A stretch of DNA of 64,000 bases from Pseudomonadota bacterium (lineage in GTDB: Archaea; Thermoplasmatota; SW-10-69-26; JACQPN01; JAJPHT01), in NCBI GenBank assembly GCA_021325135.1, contig JAJPHT010000030.1, positions 32,001 through 96,000 on the forward strand, read 5' to 3'. The notes beneath the pieces were generated by a model. That model ran no database searches and was not told the DNA's origin. It saw only the letters and a program-made list of their open reading frames with translations. A program made the position numbers and the translations under genes. Below are positions 1 to 9,273 of this stretch, in pieces (the stretch's first letter is position 1; every line of letters starts with the position of its first letter).

Positions 1-515
1 TGGACGGTGCGTGGGCTGCTGGTGCCCTTCTTGACGAAGCGGACTTGCATCGCGCGGGCGGGCCGCCCCGCTTCGTCGCAGAGCGTCGCGTGGAGCGCCG
101 CGTAGATCTTCATCCCCACCGTGTCTTGGCGGGTGGGCACGACGAAGTGGGCTTCGGGGACGACGCGGATGAGGTCCAGGTCGAGGATGGTCGGGTCCTC
201 GAGGCATTGGATCACCGTGATGGTGCCGTCGCCCTTGGGCTTGCGGCTCTGGATCCACTCGGGCTTGAGCACGATGCCCTTCCTGTATTGTTTGAGCGTG
301 CCCGGGATGGGCTTGTCGATTCCGCAGGCAGGGCAGTAGTCGAGGCGCTTGAGGTTCTCGCCGTGGACCTCGCAGAGGTTGCTGAACTTGAAGCCGTTCG
401 TTCCCGCGTTGCTGGTGGCGAACTTGACCAGACCGACTTGGAGCGCGATCTGGCTGTTGGGGACGCTGAGGCGGTAGGAGCTGCTGGAGTCTTCGGTGTC
501 TGTGGTGTTGGCCAT
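1..515 (-). CDS. Ku-like (prokaryotic Ku beta-barrel) DNA end-binding protein, 3' end runs off the window
   Basis: Manual translation from ATG 515: MANTTDTEDSSSSYRLSVPNSQIALQVGLVKFATSNAGTNGFKFSNLCEVHGENLKRLDYCPACGIDKPIPGTLKQYRKGIVLKPEWIQ...TITVIQ...HFVVP...GMKIYAALHATL...AMQVRFVKK. Motif order matches prokaryotic Ku (F..L...CG.RI...CPxCG, KGY, YY..P, K.YALL, RFV). No stop in the window. Confidence 0.65.
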   Translation of the reverse strand, partial: MANTTDTEDSSSSYRLSVPNSQIALQVGLVKFATSNAGTNGFKFSNLCEVHGENLKRLDYCPACGIDKPIPGTLKQYRKGIVLKPEWIQSRKPKGDGTITVIQCLEDPTILDLDLIRVVPEAHFVVPTRQDTVGMKIYAALHATLCDEAGRPARAMQVRFVKKGTSSPRTV

Positions 516-562
516 GGTGCTCTGAACGAGGACTTGGTTCAGGGACGAGTGGGGGTCAGGGA

Positions 563-1510
563 TCAGGCGCTCGGGGGCGCCCGGGCGGCGAGGACCGCCT
601 CGATGCGGGAGGCTTGGCGTTCGCCGCGGACGAGGCCCAGGTATTCGCGCAGGTCGTCACTGTCCAAGGCGTCGAGGTCCTCGTCGTCGAGGCGGTCGCC
701 TTCGGCGACGTCCGCCCAGTCGAGGAGGACGTGGTCGGCTTCCTTGTGCGTCTGCGCATCGTACACCTTGGCCAGGCCCCCGCCTTGGGCGAGGGTGATC
801 ACGATCCGACCTGCGCTCTGGGCAGGCGAGGGCGCATGGGCGATGGTGTCCAGGAGGAGGTTGGCAAGATCCTCCGCCAGACACCAACGCTCGTAGGAGG
901 CGCGGAGCACGGGGTCGGCCATGGTGCGCGTCATGTTGCTCGCTTCACGGTGGAGCACGACCATGCTCGCCTCCTCTTGCGGCAAGCCCTCGACCTGGGC
1001 GACCCGATCGACGAGATCTCGGACGGCCCACTTCTCCCTCCACAACGCCTCGCGCATGGTGCTGAGGCGCTCCTGTGGTGGGCAGGTGTGGATGTAGTGG
1101 TACTCGTCGAGGGCGAGCATGAGGAGCCGCTCGCACGCGGCGGCTGGGGAGTCGTCCGCGTGGGCGTAGCGCCGGCTCTGGAACGTCGGGCCGTGGTCGA
1201 GGGGCTTGACGGGCTTGCCGCACGCGCGACAGGAGACCTTCTGGACGTCGCGGGGCTTGCGGCCTCCCTTCGGAACCTCCTTGACGATGGTGGAGTCCAC
1301 GCACTGCCAGGGAAGCTCGCTGGGAAGGCCGACGCGCCGGGCTTGAAGGGCGTTCGTGTTCGGGGTTGCGTCGGGGAGGATTTCGAGGCTCACGCGGACG
1401 TGGCGTCCGTGGAGGCGCGCGAAGTCGAGGCTGGGCAGGAGTTCCCAGGCGTCGAACCCCGCGGCGAGTTCGCGTTCGGTCGGAAAGGTGATCTCTTGAG
1501 TCAATCTCAT
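563..1510 (-). CDS. hypothetical protein (CxxC, acidic C-terminus)
   Basis: 315-aa ORF, start supported by motif 1524-1536. Confidence 0.75.
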   Translation of the reverse strand: MRLTQEITFPTERELAAGFDAWELLPSLDFARLHGRHVRVSLEILPDATPNTNALQARRVGLPSELPWQCVDSTIVKEVPKGGRKPRDVQKVSCRACGKPVKPLDHGPTFQSRRYAHADDSPAAACERLLMLALDEYHYIHTCPPQERLSTMREALWREKWAVRDLVDRVAQVEGLPQEEASMVVLHREASNMTRTMADPVLRASYERWCLAEDLANLLLDTIAHAPSPAQSAGRIVITLAQGGGLAKVYDAQTHKEADHVLLDWADVAEGDRLDDEDLDALDSDDLREYLGLVRGERQASRIEAVLAARAPPSA

Positions 1511-1547
1511 GGGAATGCACGGGAGACTTCGTCCAGGATGATGGGAT

Positions 1548-1997
1548 TCAGAGGGAGTACCGGACGGGGAGAGGTGGCAGGGGCGCAGCGGCGGGCGCGC
1601 TGGCTCCGGCCTTGCGGACGGCGCTCACGAAGCCGTCCCAGTCGGCGAGCCGCGCGTAGGGCCACCACTGGTTGGTCTTGCCGGTGTAGTCGGTCCGGCT
1701 GCGGCAGCCGCGGAACATGAGCCCGTAGCCCGTGTCCTGGCAGAACTGGACGTAGACGGTGTCGGCGTGGAGGACGCTTTCCCCCGATCCGGCGGGCCCG
1801 CCCGGCTGGAAGCGGAGATCGTAAGCGTTCTCGTCGAGGCCGAGTTCGGCCGCGAGCGCGCGGAGGATCTTGAACCCGAGGCGGCGGAACTCGCTCTTGG
1901 GCGTCTTGCCGCGCCCGTACTCGCCGCGGGCCTCGCGGGCCAACCGTGCGAGCTCCTCGATGTCCCTCGTGCTGGGGCGATGGGTTGTCTTGTGCAT
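1548..1997 (-). CDS. conserved hypothetical protein of mobile-element type
   Basis: PGGPAGSGESVLH..VYVQ..MFRGC..RTDYTG..N motif; start MHKTT chosen from motif spacing. Confidence 0.75.
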   Translation of the reverse strand: MHKTTHRPSTRDIEELARLAREARGEYGRGKTPKSEFRRLGFKILRALAAELGLDENAYDLRFQPGGPAGSGESVLHADTVYVQFCQDTGYGLMFRGCRSRTDYTGKTNQWWPYARLADWDGFVSAVRKAGASAPAAAPLPPLPVRYSL

Positions 1998-2085
1998 GGT
2001 TGAAGAATTGGGAGGCTTGGTCCACGCGGGCTCCGAAGTGGCGAGCCCGTCTGGGGCGTCTATTCCCCTGGGCCCTCTGGTGGAG

Positions 2086-2850
2086 CTACGGTGCTGGTTG
2101 GTCGTGGCGCGCGAGGAGAGCATGGCCCAGCGCTTCGGTGGCCTGCTCCAAGGTCAGTTCGGGGTAGAGCGAGAGGGCATATGCGTCCCAGAGGCTCGCG
2201 TCGGTGGAGTCGGGGATGTCGTGCTCGTCCGGTCCGCCGTTGCCGCGGTTGCGGATTTCGCCGACGCGCAGCCATTGCTTCCGCTTGAAGCGCTCCAGCG
2301 TCGCCACGAAGGCGTAGCCGTTTCCGAGTTCTAGACCCTTGACCTGTGTGATGCGCCAGGGGGCGTCGCGCGGCAGGCGAGCGTCCTGCTCGGCGAGTTG
2401 GGCCTCCAGCTCGCTCTCGGTGAGGACGCGGATGCTCGGGTCGGGCGTCCCGTAGTTCTTGCCCGTGATCCAGATGTTTTCCCGTGTCGCGTCGTGTTCG
2501 AGCGTGCCGTCGGGTTGGACGATGTACGGGAGGGCGCCTCCGGTGTCGCGGCCTCCTTCGAGCTGGTCGGCGAGGTTCCTTGCGGCTCGGCGCGCGGCGC
2601 GATCCGTCAACAACGGGCGGAGGCTGTGGATGCCGCCGCGGTTGTGAAGGAGCCGGATTGGCAAGGACTCGTTGGGCTTGGCCATCGCGAAGCACTCCTC
2701 GCAGAGGAAGAGGCTCACGCGCCAGATTGTGACGAGCTTCGTGGCGAGTCGGGCGCAGTCTTTGCACGTCTGGCGCGTACCTCTCCTGACGGGGGCGACG
2801 CTCGCGATGGTGAAGAAGGTCTCGGCGTTGGCGTGTTGGATCGATTTCAT
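2086..2850 (-). CDS. hypothetical protein with CxxC..CxxC zinc ribbon
   Basis: CKDC...CEEC; motif 2867-2879 upstream. Confidence 0.7.
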   Translation of the reverse strand: MKSIQHANAETFFTIASVAPVRRGTRQTCKDCARLATKLVTIWRVSLFLCEECFAMAKPNESLPIRLLHNRGGIHSLRPLLTDRAARRAARNLADQLEGGRDTGGALPYIVQPDGTLEHDATRENIWITGKNYGTPDPSIRVLTESELEAQLAEQDARLPRDAPWRITQVKGLELGNGYAFVATLERFKRKQWLRVGEIRNRGNGGPDEHDIPDSTDASLWDAYALSLYPELTLEQATEALGHALLARHDQPAP

Positions 2851-3044
2851 GGTCCAGGTAGAATCGAGACTTCGTCCATGCGCGCGTGCGAGCCTACAGG
2901 ATTGGGTCGAAGACGAGCGCGCGGATGCCGTGAATCGGGCATCCCTCGACGCCTCCGCTCAGGCGCGTGGCGGCGGTGAAGCAGACGCTGCAGAAGAGGA
3001 CCGGACTCGGGCCTCGGCACGCTGTAGCTTGGACGCGCATGCGT

Positions 3045-3824
3045 TCACCGCTTCAGCGCCAAGGCCAGGCCTGCGAGGCCAACGACGGCCGGGGGCGCTC
3101 CGCTTTCGCTGATCGCGTACATCGAGTTGAGGAACGCGTCCCCCGTGCCATGGTCTCGTCGCGGATTCCTTCGCAGCACCTCGGGCAGGACGACCTCGAC
3201 GGTCGTGTCGAGCTTGAAGGGGAGATTGTTGGTGTCTCCGCGTGCTTGAGCGACGCGCGTGGCGGCTTGGATGGCGGCCTCGGCCTGATCCACGCGGAAG
3301 TACCGATCGCGGTGGAGGTTCGAGTTGTAGTGGTTGACCACGCTCACGCTCGTGCCGCCATGGTTGTGTCCCAGACCGAAGGTGTTCAGCTCGAAGAGGG
3401 GCTCGCCCAGGGGCACGTGGAGCCTTCCCTCCACGAGGAGGAGGTCTCGTGCCCAGGCGCGCGCCAGGCGGCCGGCTTCGCGTTTCGATTCGGGTCGCGA
3501 GTAGGGGAAGCGCCGGTGTTCGATGGCGTCCTGGAGCGTCGCGTATCGGTTGGGCTCTGGGTGCGCGGTGTAGTGGCGCATCCTGGGCTGCACCCAGAGG
3601 CGCTTCCGCCACCAACGGTACTGGAGCCTCTCTCCACCACCGAAGCGCTTGCTGAATCCGTCGGGGAGCCAGCCCCGTTGGATGAGCGCGATGGGCGCTT
3701 CTGATTGCATGACTTCGGGGACGGTGACATTGAACGTCGCGGTCTGGTCGCGCCAGCGCAGCTTACGGTGTCGGCGCGTGGGAAGGTAACTCTCCAGGTA
3801 TGGGACGGGAACTTGAAGCTTCAT
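3045..3824 (-). CDS. hypothetical protein
   Basis: MKLQVPVPYLESYLPTRRHRKLR...GLGHNHGGT; variant motif 3840-3853. Confidence 0.75.
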   Translation of the reverse strand: MKLQVPVPYLESYLPTRRHRKLRWRDQTATFNVTVPEVMQSEAPIALIQRGWLPDGFSKRFGGGERLQYRWWRKRLWVQPRMRHYTAHPEPNRYATLQDAIEHRRFPYSRPESKREAGRLARAWARDLLLVEGRLHVPLGEPLFELNTFGLGHNHGGTSVSVVNHYNSNLHRDRYFRVDQAEAAIQAATRVAQARGDTNNLPFKLDTTVEVVLPEVLRRNPRRDHGTGDAFLNSMYAISESGAPPAVVGLAGLALALKR

Positions 3825-3876
3825 CGAGATCGGGTGAATGGGCTTCGTGCCACGAGGCCTCGGGTGATCGTGGGGC

Positions 3877-4050
3877 CTACTTGAAAGCCAGGCGTTGGAC
3901 GCGGTCGAGGAGCGTCTCGGGGTCACCGGTGGCGGTCAGGATCAGGATGTGCATGCCGCTGGGGTTCCGAGGAGGGCGGATGCAGACCTGGAAGGTGAGC
4001 TTCGAGGTGCCTTCCCCGTCGGTGACGTCGATGCACGTCGTATACGTCAT
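3877..4050 (-). CDS. small hypothetical protein
   Basis: ATGA overlap with the MTase stop codon. Confidence 0.55.
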   Translation of the reverse strand: MTYTTCIDVTDGEGTSKLTFQVCIRPPRNPSGMHILILTATGDPETLLDRVQRLAFK

Positions 4051-5087
4051 GCGGGACAAGCCGTCGCCTCCGATGGGCCCAGGATGTCTTCCTGGAGGAT
4101 CCGCTCGATCCACTTCGGATCCTTGTCCACCAGGATGACGCGGCGCCCCAAGGCCTGGACGCGCCGCGCCCAGCGGGCTCTACCGCAGAAGGGATCGAGG
4201 ACAACGTCGCCGGGGCTCGTGAGCATGCGGATTGGGGCGAGGAAGGCCTCGATGGGTTTCTCGGCCTCGTGTTCGCGCGCGGTGGGGTCGCACGCGCGGT
4301 GGACGCGCCTGACGCGCAGGACGCTCTGGTTGTGGCGCGCGTCGCGGGGGATGCCGGCGCGCGGCGTGGCGCAGAAGTAGTGCCAGAGCCAGTGGCGCTG
4401 GGCGGGCCAGTAGCCCCCGATGCGGTGTTCGTAGTCCACGACTTGCTCGAAGACGTACTCGAATCCGCAGGACTCGGCCAGCGCGATGAGCGCGTCGATG
4501 TGCTTGCGCGTGTCGCGGTTCCGGGGCGGGCTCCAGATGACGCAGAAGCCGCCCGCTTGCTTTGGAGGGCCTCCGCGCAGGGCGGGGTAGGGGCGTCGTT
4601 TGACGAGGAGGCGGTGTGCTTGGCGGAACCACTCACGATCGGGGTCGCGCTGCTCGTAGGTGCGGCCCTTGCCGCGGGGGCCTCGCGATGTTCCGTGGCG
4701 CTGCGCGTTCTGCTTCGTGCCCAGGTCTGCGGGGATGTCGCTGAGGATCAGGTCGATGCTTTCGCTGGGCAACTGGGGCATGATGGTCCAGGCGTCGCCG
4801 GTGACGAGGACGAGTTGCGCGGGTCCGTCGATGGCGACGAACACGCCGCGGGCGATGCGCAGGAGCCGGCCCTTGGCGAGGTGTTCGTAGACGCGTGCCC
4901 GCACGGTTTCTTTCGCTGTCCCGGGCCGCAGGTACAGGACGAGTTCGTAGAGCTCGCCCAAGGCCCGGGGCTGTTCGCGGAGGGAGTCGAGGATCAAGGG
5001 GGCCAGGGTGGTTTGCTTGGGTGCGCCGGGCGTGCTCGACGCCTGGGCGCGGCTTGTGCGGGGTGGTCGTGATCGTGTTGGAAGCAT
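4047..5087 (-). CDS. wHTH-fused beta-class N6/N4 DNA methyltransferase-like protein with degenerate motifs
   Basis: GDAW..LPSESIDLILSDIPA (DPPY position), HEAEKP, SPGDVVLDPFCGRA (FxGxG position), VILVDKDP; N-terminal ETVRARVYE..LLRIARGVF wHTH. Confidence 0.8.
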   Translation of the reverse strand: MLPTRSRPPRTSRAQASSTPGAPKQTTLAPLILDSLREQPRALGELYELVLYLRPGTAKETVRARVYEHLAKGRLLRIARGVFVAIDGPAQLVLVTGDAWTIMPQLPSESIDLILSDIPADLGTKQNAQRHGTSRGPRGKGRTYEQRDPDREWFRQAHRLLVKRRPYPALRGGPPKQAGGFCVIWSPPRNRDTRKHIDALIALAESCGFEYVFEQVVDYEHRIGGYWPAQRHWLWHYFCATPRAGIPRDARHNQSVLRVRRVHRACDPTAREHEAEKPIEAFLAPIRMLTSPGDVVLDPFCGRARWARRVQALGRRVILVDKDPKWIERILQEDILGPSEATACPA

Positions 5088-5123
5088 GGTCGTGTTGCAG
5101 GTCTTCGTCCAAGGGGGGAGGGC

Positions 5124-5765
5124 TCAGGGGTGGCGCGCGCGGAAGGCATCGGCGGCCTGGAGCGCCGCGCGAAGGATGCGTTCCGCTTCGGTGCGGTCGC
5201 CGCGGATGAGGGCGGCGAGAGCGTCTCGCGCATCGCCCCTGGAGACGAGCATCATGGGGCGACGCTCGCACTTGGGGCACGTTCCATGGGGGTTCACAGG
5301 GGGCGGGCCGGGCGGCGCGAAGCGGCGGAGCGGCGTGGCCGGGGTGGCCGTGTCGGCTCTGGGGTGCCGGGCCTGGAGGTCCTCGGCGCGCTGGTGGCTG
5401 ATGCTCCAGACCCGCAAGTCGCCCGCGTCGAGGGTGGCGCCGAAGACGCCGTCGGTGGCAGGATCGCTCCGATGCAGGGCGGCCGCGAAGGCGCGATCCA
5501 GCGCATCGCCCTCCGGGAGGGGTCCGGCATAGCGCGCGATCTCGACGCCGCCCTCGACGAGGAGCACATGATGCTCAGCCGCTGGGGCCAGGAGCACGTC
5601 GCCGTGGGTGTTCTCGACGCGCAGGACTTGGGGTTCGTCGAGTTCGACCGGTTCGACTCCGCTGGGGCGGCCAGCCTCGAGCCGTTGGAGCGCCTCCTCG
5701 GCGGTCGGGGCCTCGATCGTGTGGTAATGCAGGACTTCGCGGCGGATGATGAGGAAGGATGGCAT
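5124..5765 (-). CDS. hypothetical protein (C-terminal CPKC)
   Basis: Start MPSFLII supported by motif 5779-5791. Confidence 0.7.
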   Translation of the reverse strand: MPSFLIIRREVLHYHTIEAPTAEEALQRLEAGRPSGVEPVELDEPQVLRVENTHGDVLLAPAAEHHVLLVEGGVEIARYAGPLPEGDALDRAFAAALHRSDPATDGVFGATLDAGDLRVWSISHQRAEDLQARHPRADTATPATPLRRFAPPGPPPVNPHGTCPKCERRPMMLVSRGDARDALAALIRGDRTEAERILRAALQAADAFRARHP

Positions 5766-5802
5766 GAGGAAGGAACGCTGGCTTGGTCCAGTCCGAGGGG
5801 GC

Positions 5803-7569
5803 CTACTGGGGGACTTTGGCGCGCTTTGCCGCGCGCGCGAGGCTGGCGTCCAGGTCCTCGAGGGCGCGGCGGGAAGCACTCTCGAGGGCGTGGATGGGCG
5901 CGCGGCGCGCGAGGAGCTTGGCCTGGTGGAGCCGCGTGATCGTCTCCACGACGTCCGCCAGTTCTTGGCGCTTGGCCACGAGGGCGTAGTAGTGCTCTCG
6001 CGCCTTGACAATCTTCGGGCCGAGGAAGTCCATGGTGGCGCGCGTGATGAGGTCGGCGCGCAGGGCCTCCCTGTGCAGGTCTTCCTCGTCGTAGTCCCAC
6101 CACGAGTTCGCCAGCCAGTCGCCTTCGTCGCCGCGGGCGACGTAGTTCTGGATCCACTGGTTGAGCTGTTGGGCGGGGAGCCCGGGGAGTTCGACGGTTT
6201 GGCCGGTCAGGAGGCGGACGAGCGTGTCGATGTCCGTGGCGATCACGAGTCGGCCCTCTTTGCAGAGGAGGAAGGGCAGCGTGTGGCCCGCGATGCGGAT
6301 CTCCTTGGCGAGGCTGATCCAACCCTCCTCGGCCGCCTGGAGTCCCGTGATCTCGACGTGTGCCGCCGAGGCTAGCTCGGGTGTGTCGGGGGCTCCACGG
6401 GCTCGGACCGCGAAGGGAAGGTTGGCGCCGAGGTGGATCGCGTAGTTGATGCTCTGGGCGACTGCGGCGTCGTTTGTGTCTTGGACGAGGATGTAGTCCT
6501 TCGTGTAGCGGTGGATCTTCTGGAGGTTGTCTTGCCAGCCGCCGTTCTCGACGTAGTACATGCCGAGGTCTTCGTAGTCCTCGCACGTGGCGGCCCGCCA
6601 GCCGAACTCGCGGCGGAGGGCACGGCCCCGGTTGGTGTCGAAGATCCAGCGCGTCTCGGAGGCCTCGGGTTCGTCGGTGAGGACGCGGGGCCATGAGGCG
6701 GTGGCTTGTTGGGCGAGGGCGCGGTGGTGGTCCTCGGCGGCGCGCAGGATCGTCTCCGCGGCGGCGTGGAGCGCGGGGTTGACGTCGAGGTCGTTGCGGT
6801 CGGGGAGCTTGGGCCGTGTGCCGCTCTTGGGGTCCACGAACCACGCGTACACGAAGTCAGCCAGCAAGCCGCGGCGAACGGGGTTCTGCGCTGCCGCAGC
6901 GATCATGGCGCGTTGGAACGCGTTCTGGTCGCCTTCGATGGCGCGGTACTCCCAGATGGGGAAGCACGGGTCGGGGGCGTCGGGCCATCTCTTGTGGCAT
7001 TCCACCACGCGGCCCACCGGGGTGTCGAACTCGCGCTTCGCGTCTGGGACCTCGGCGGGGGGAAGGGTCTCGCCGTTGAGCGTGACGTGGAAGGGGTAGT
7101 ATCCCCGCGCCTCGCGCAGGTCCTGGTCGGCCTTGGGATCGACGAGGAGCAGCGTGATGCACATGCCCTTCCTGGGCTCGGCGTGCTCGACCAGGATGGG
7201 GCGGCGTTGGAGGACGTCGGTGGCGACGAGGTGGACCCGCCAGTTCTGGGAGTGGACCTCGACGCTCGCGGCGACCGATTCGTGGAGCACGCTGTAAAAG
7301 CCCATGCCGGCGGGCTCGGTGATCTTCGTTTCGTCCCATCCCGTCTCTCCAGCGCTCAGGAGGAGCTGGGGGTCGGGGCAGCCGATCCCGTCGTCTTCGA
7401 AGACGAGGAGGTTGCCTTCGTGGCGGATGGTCACGGAGCGGGCGCCCGCTCGGTGGCTGTTCTGGAAGAGTTCGCGCAGCGCTGCAAGCCGGCCCCCGAA
7501 AAAACTGGGGATCTTGGCGATGAGGCGGTCGGTGAGCGCGGCCTGGATGGTCTTGGGCGTTTCGGTCAT
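5803..7569 (-). CDS. GHKL-family (HATPase_c/MORC-like) ATPase domain protein
   Basis: LRELFQNSHRAGA (N box), FEDDGIG (G1), EPAGMGFYS (G2), GMCIT (G3). Confidence 0.85.
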   Translation of the reverse strand: MTETPKTIQAALTDRLIAKIPSFFGGRLAALRELFQNSHRAGARSVTIRHEGNLLVFEDDGIGCPDPQLLLSAGETGWDETKITEPAGMGFYSVLHESVAASVEVHSQNWRVHLVATDVLQRRPILVEHAEPRKGMCITLLLVDPKADQDLREARGYYPFHVTLNGETLPPAEVPDAKREFDTPVGRVVECHKRWPDAPDPCFPIWEYRAIEGDQNAFQRAMIAAAAQNPVRRGLLADFVYAWFVDPKSGTRPKLPDRNDLDVNPALHAAAETILRAAEDHHRALAQQATASWPRVLTDEPEASETRWIFDTNRGRALRREFGWRAATCEDYEDLGMYYVENGGWQDNLQKIHRYTKDYILVQDTNDAAVAQSINYAIHLGANLPFAVRARGAPDTPELASAAHVEITGLQAAEEGWISLAKEIRIAGHTLPFLLCKEGRLVIATDIDTLVRLLTGQTVELPGLPAQQLNQWIQNYVARGDEGDWLANSWWDYDEEDLHREALRADLITRATMDFLGPKIVKAREHYYALVAKRQELADVVETITRLHQAKLLARRAPIHALESASRRALEDLDASLARAAKRAKVPQ

Positions 7570-7761
7570 GCTTGTCGTAGCTTGGGCTTGGTCCAGGGGC
7601 GTGGTCGTGCCTGTTTAGGGAAGGTCTGTCTGGAGCCGCTCCTTGCAAATCTCCAGGAGGTTGTGGGTGCCGTCCCGCGGCCTCAAAGTCGGGAAGCTGA
7701 TCGACGGCGCGGGGTCCGGTCTCCCTCGCGGATGCTGGTGGCGAGTCCTTGAGGGTCGTCC

Positions 7762-8049
7762 CTAGTCCATGTTGCCGGGATGGTAGAACGCCTCGGGCAC
7801 GCCGTTGCGGTGGAGGTACTCCAGCACGCGGGGCATGCTGCGTTCCCACGTCGAGGCGCCCTGCGCCTTGGTGGGCGGCCGAATGATGATGACGTGCGCG
7901 TTCGCGTAGGGGACGGCGATGCCGGCCCCCAGGACGCACGTTCCCTCGTCGTTCCCATGCTTTTTCTGGTCCTCCAGGATGGCCTCGCGCCAGATCTCCC
8001 GAGCGATCTCGATCTCGAAGAGCTTGGCCACGATCTCCCGTGCCTTCAT
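7762..8049 (-). CDS. hypothetical protein
   Basis: ATGA-coupled to the upstream gene. Confidence 0.7.
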   Translation of the reverse strand: MKAREIVAKLFEIEIAREIWREAILEDQKKHGNDEGTCVLGAGIAVPYANAHVIIIRPPTKAQGASTWERSMPRVLEYLHRNGVPEAFYHPGNMD

Positions 8050-8669
8050 CCCAAGCACTCTCCACACGTGCCGCAGGTCGTGTGGGTTTCGCTACGCTGA
8101 GCCTCCTCCGGATGGGCGCACGCTGCTTCGCCCGGGCGGGTCGCTCTCTGCTCCCTCGCGCCGGGCGCGTTGGGGAGGGCGGGGCCCGTGTGGGAGCGCG
8201 TGAGTTCGACTTCGGCCATGGCGCGATCCATGGGGAAGTGGAGCGTGCGCTCCGACTCGTCCTTGAAGTAGAGACGCGCGGTGTCGAGGTGGACGCCGAT
8301 GGCTCGCAGGTGGGGATGGCCGATGATCTCCAGTGTGCCTGGGCCTACGCTGTGCGTCTGGCCGCCCTCGGCATTGATCCTCGTGGTGAGCTGGTCGAGG
8401 AACGCGTCCCGCGTGACGAGGGTGTCGAGCCGGGAGCGTCCTTCGAGGATGTCGTGGACGAGGCGCTGCTGGGGCTCCCCACTGATGAGGCGCATGTACG
8501 TGCGGAGCGAGTCGTCGTCGAGCAGTGGAAGGTCGGCATCGGTGAGCCGGTCCCCTTCCTCGATGCCGTCCCAGGCGACGACCAAGCGGTCGATGTCGGT
8601 CTTCGTCTCGGGATCCATGACGCGGTTGACGCATCCGTCGCACATGATGACGACGACACGGCGCGCCAT
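8046..8669 (-). CDS. hypothetical protein
   Basis: 207-aa ORF abutting the upstream gene. Confidence 0.65.
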   Translation of the reverse strand: MARRVVVIMCDGCVNRVMDPETKTDIDRLVVAWDGIEEGDRLTDADLPLLDDDSLRTYMRLISGEPQQRLVHDILEGRSRLDTLVTRDAFLDQLTTRINAEGGQTHSVGPGTLEIIGHPHLRAIGVHLDTARLYFKDESERTLHFPMDRAMAEVELTRSHTGPALPNAPGAREQRATRPGEAACAHPEEAQRSETHTTCGTCGECLG

Positions 8670-9218
8670 TCAGACCACCTCATGGGGAAGGAGTTGGCCC
8701 GTGATCTCGACGGCTTGTTCATAGGTCCAGACGTCCGCGGTTGGGTAGAGCTGCTTCAGTCGGGCCGCGACTTCCTCCAGGCGACGCGGCGCCCGTTCGA
8801 TGGGCGTGAACATCAACCCCGGTTGGAACAAGGGAACGCCTTGGCGGTCGCACCCGCACGGATTCAGGACTCGGCGGAAGTGCTCCTCGGCGTAGCCGTA
8901 CTGCTTGGCGAACTGGAGAAGGCGCGCGTGGGGTAGGTCGGACGGCTTGTCGTCGACGTTCTGGCCGAAGATGAAGACGTTCGGGGGATAATACGAGCCT
9001 GTCTTCCAGTCGCGGCTGGACATGACGCCCTTACGTGTGACTTCGAGGGCGAGGCAGCGGTACTCGGCGCCGTCGTTCGTCTCGGGGCCGTAGTCGCCTT
9101 GGCAGTCGCCCACGCTGATGAATTCTCGCGCGGCCATGCTGTAGACTTTGTAGAGGACGGCGTGCATCTGGCGGACGATCCGGTAGGTCTCGGTGGGACT
9201 CTGTTCAGTCGTTTCCAT
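8670..9218 (-). CDS. hypothetical protein
   Basis: Start METTEQ supported by motif 9233-9245. Confidence 0.75.
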   Translation of the reverse strand: METTEQSPTETYRIVRQMHAVLYKVYSMAAREFISVGDCQGDYGPETNDGAEYRCLALEVTRKGVMSSRDWKTGSYYPPNVFIFGQNVDDKPSDLPHARLLQFAKQYGYAEEHFRRVLNPCGCDRQGVPLFQPGLMFTPIERAPRRLEEVAARLKQLYPTADVWTYEQAVEITGQLLPHEVV

Positions 9219-9273
9219 GGGGTTCGAATCGAGGACTTCGTCCAGGCTCGACGCAAGAGGCGCCTGTCGCAGT

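Noticed and set aside
9221-9230. GGTTCGAATC T-loop-like sequence
   Set aside because: Isolated in the motif-ATG spacer with no cloverleaf.
9233-9245. Motif as a conserved GGAC-GAA-GTCC mini-hairpin or LexA GAAC-N4-GTTC box
   Set aside because: Most copies break the stem without compensation, the spacing is N3, and the orientation is strictly polar.
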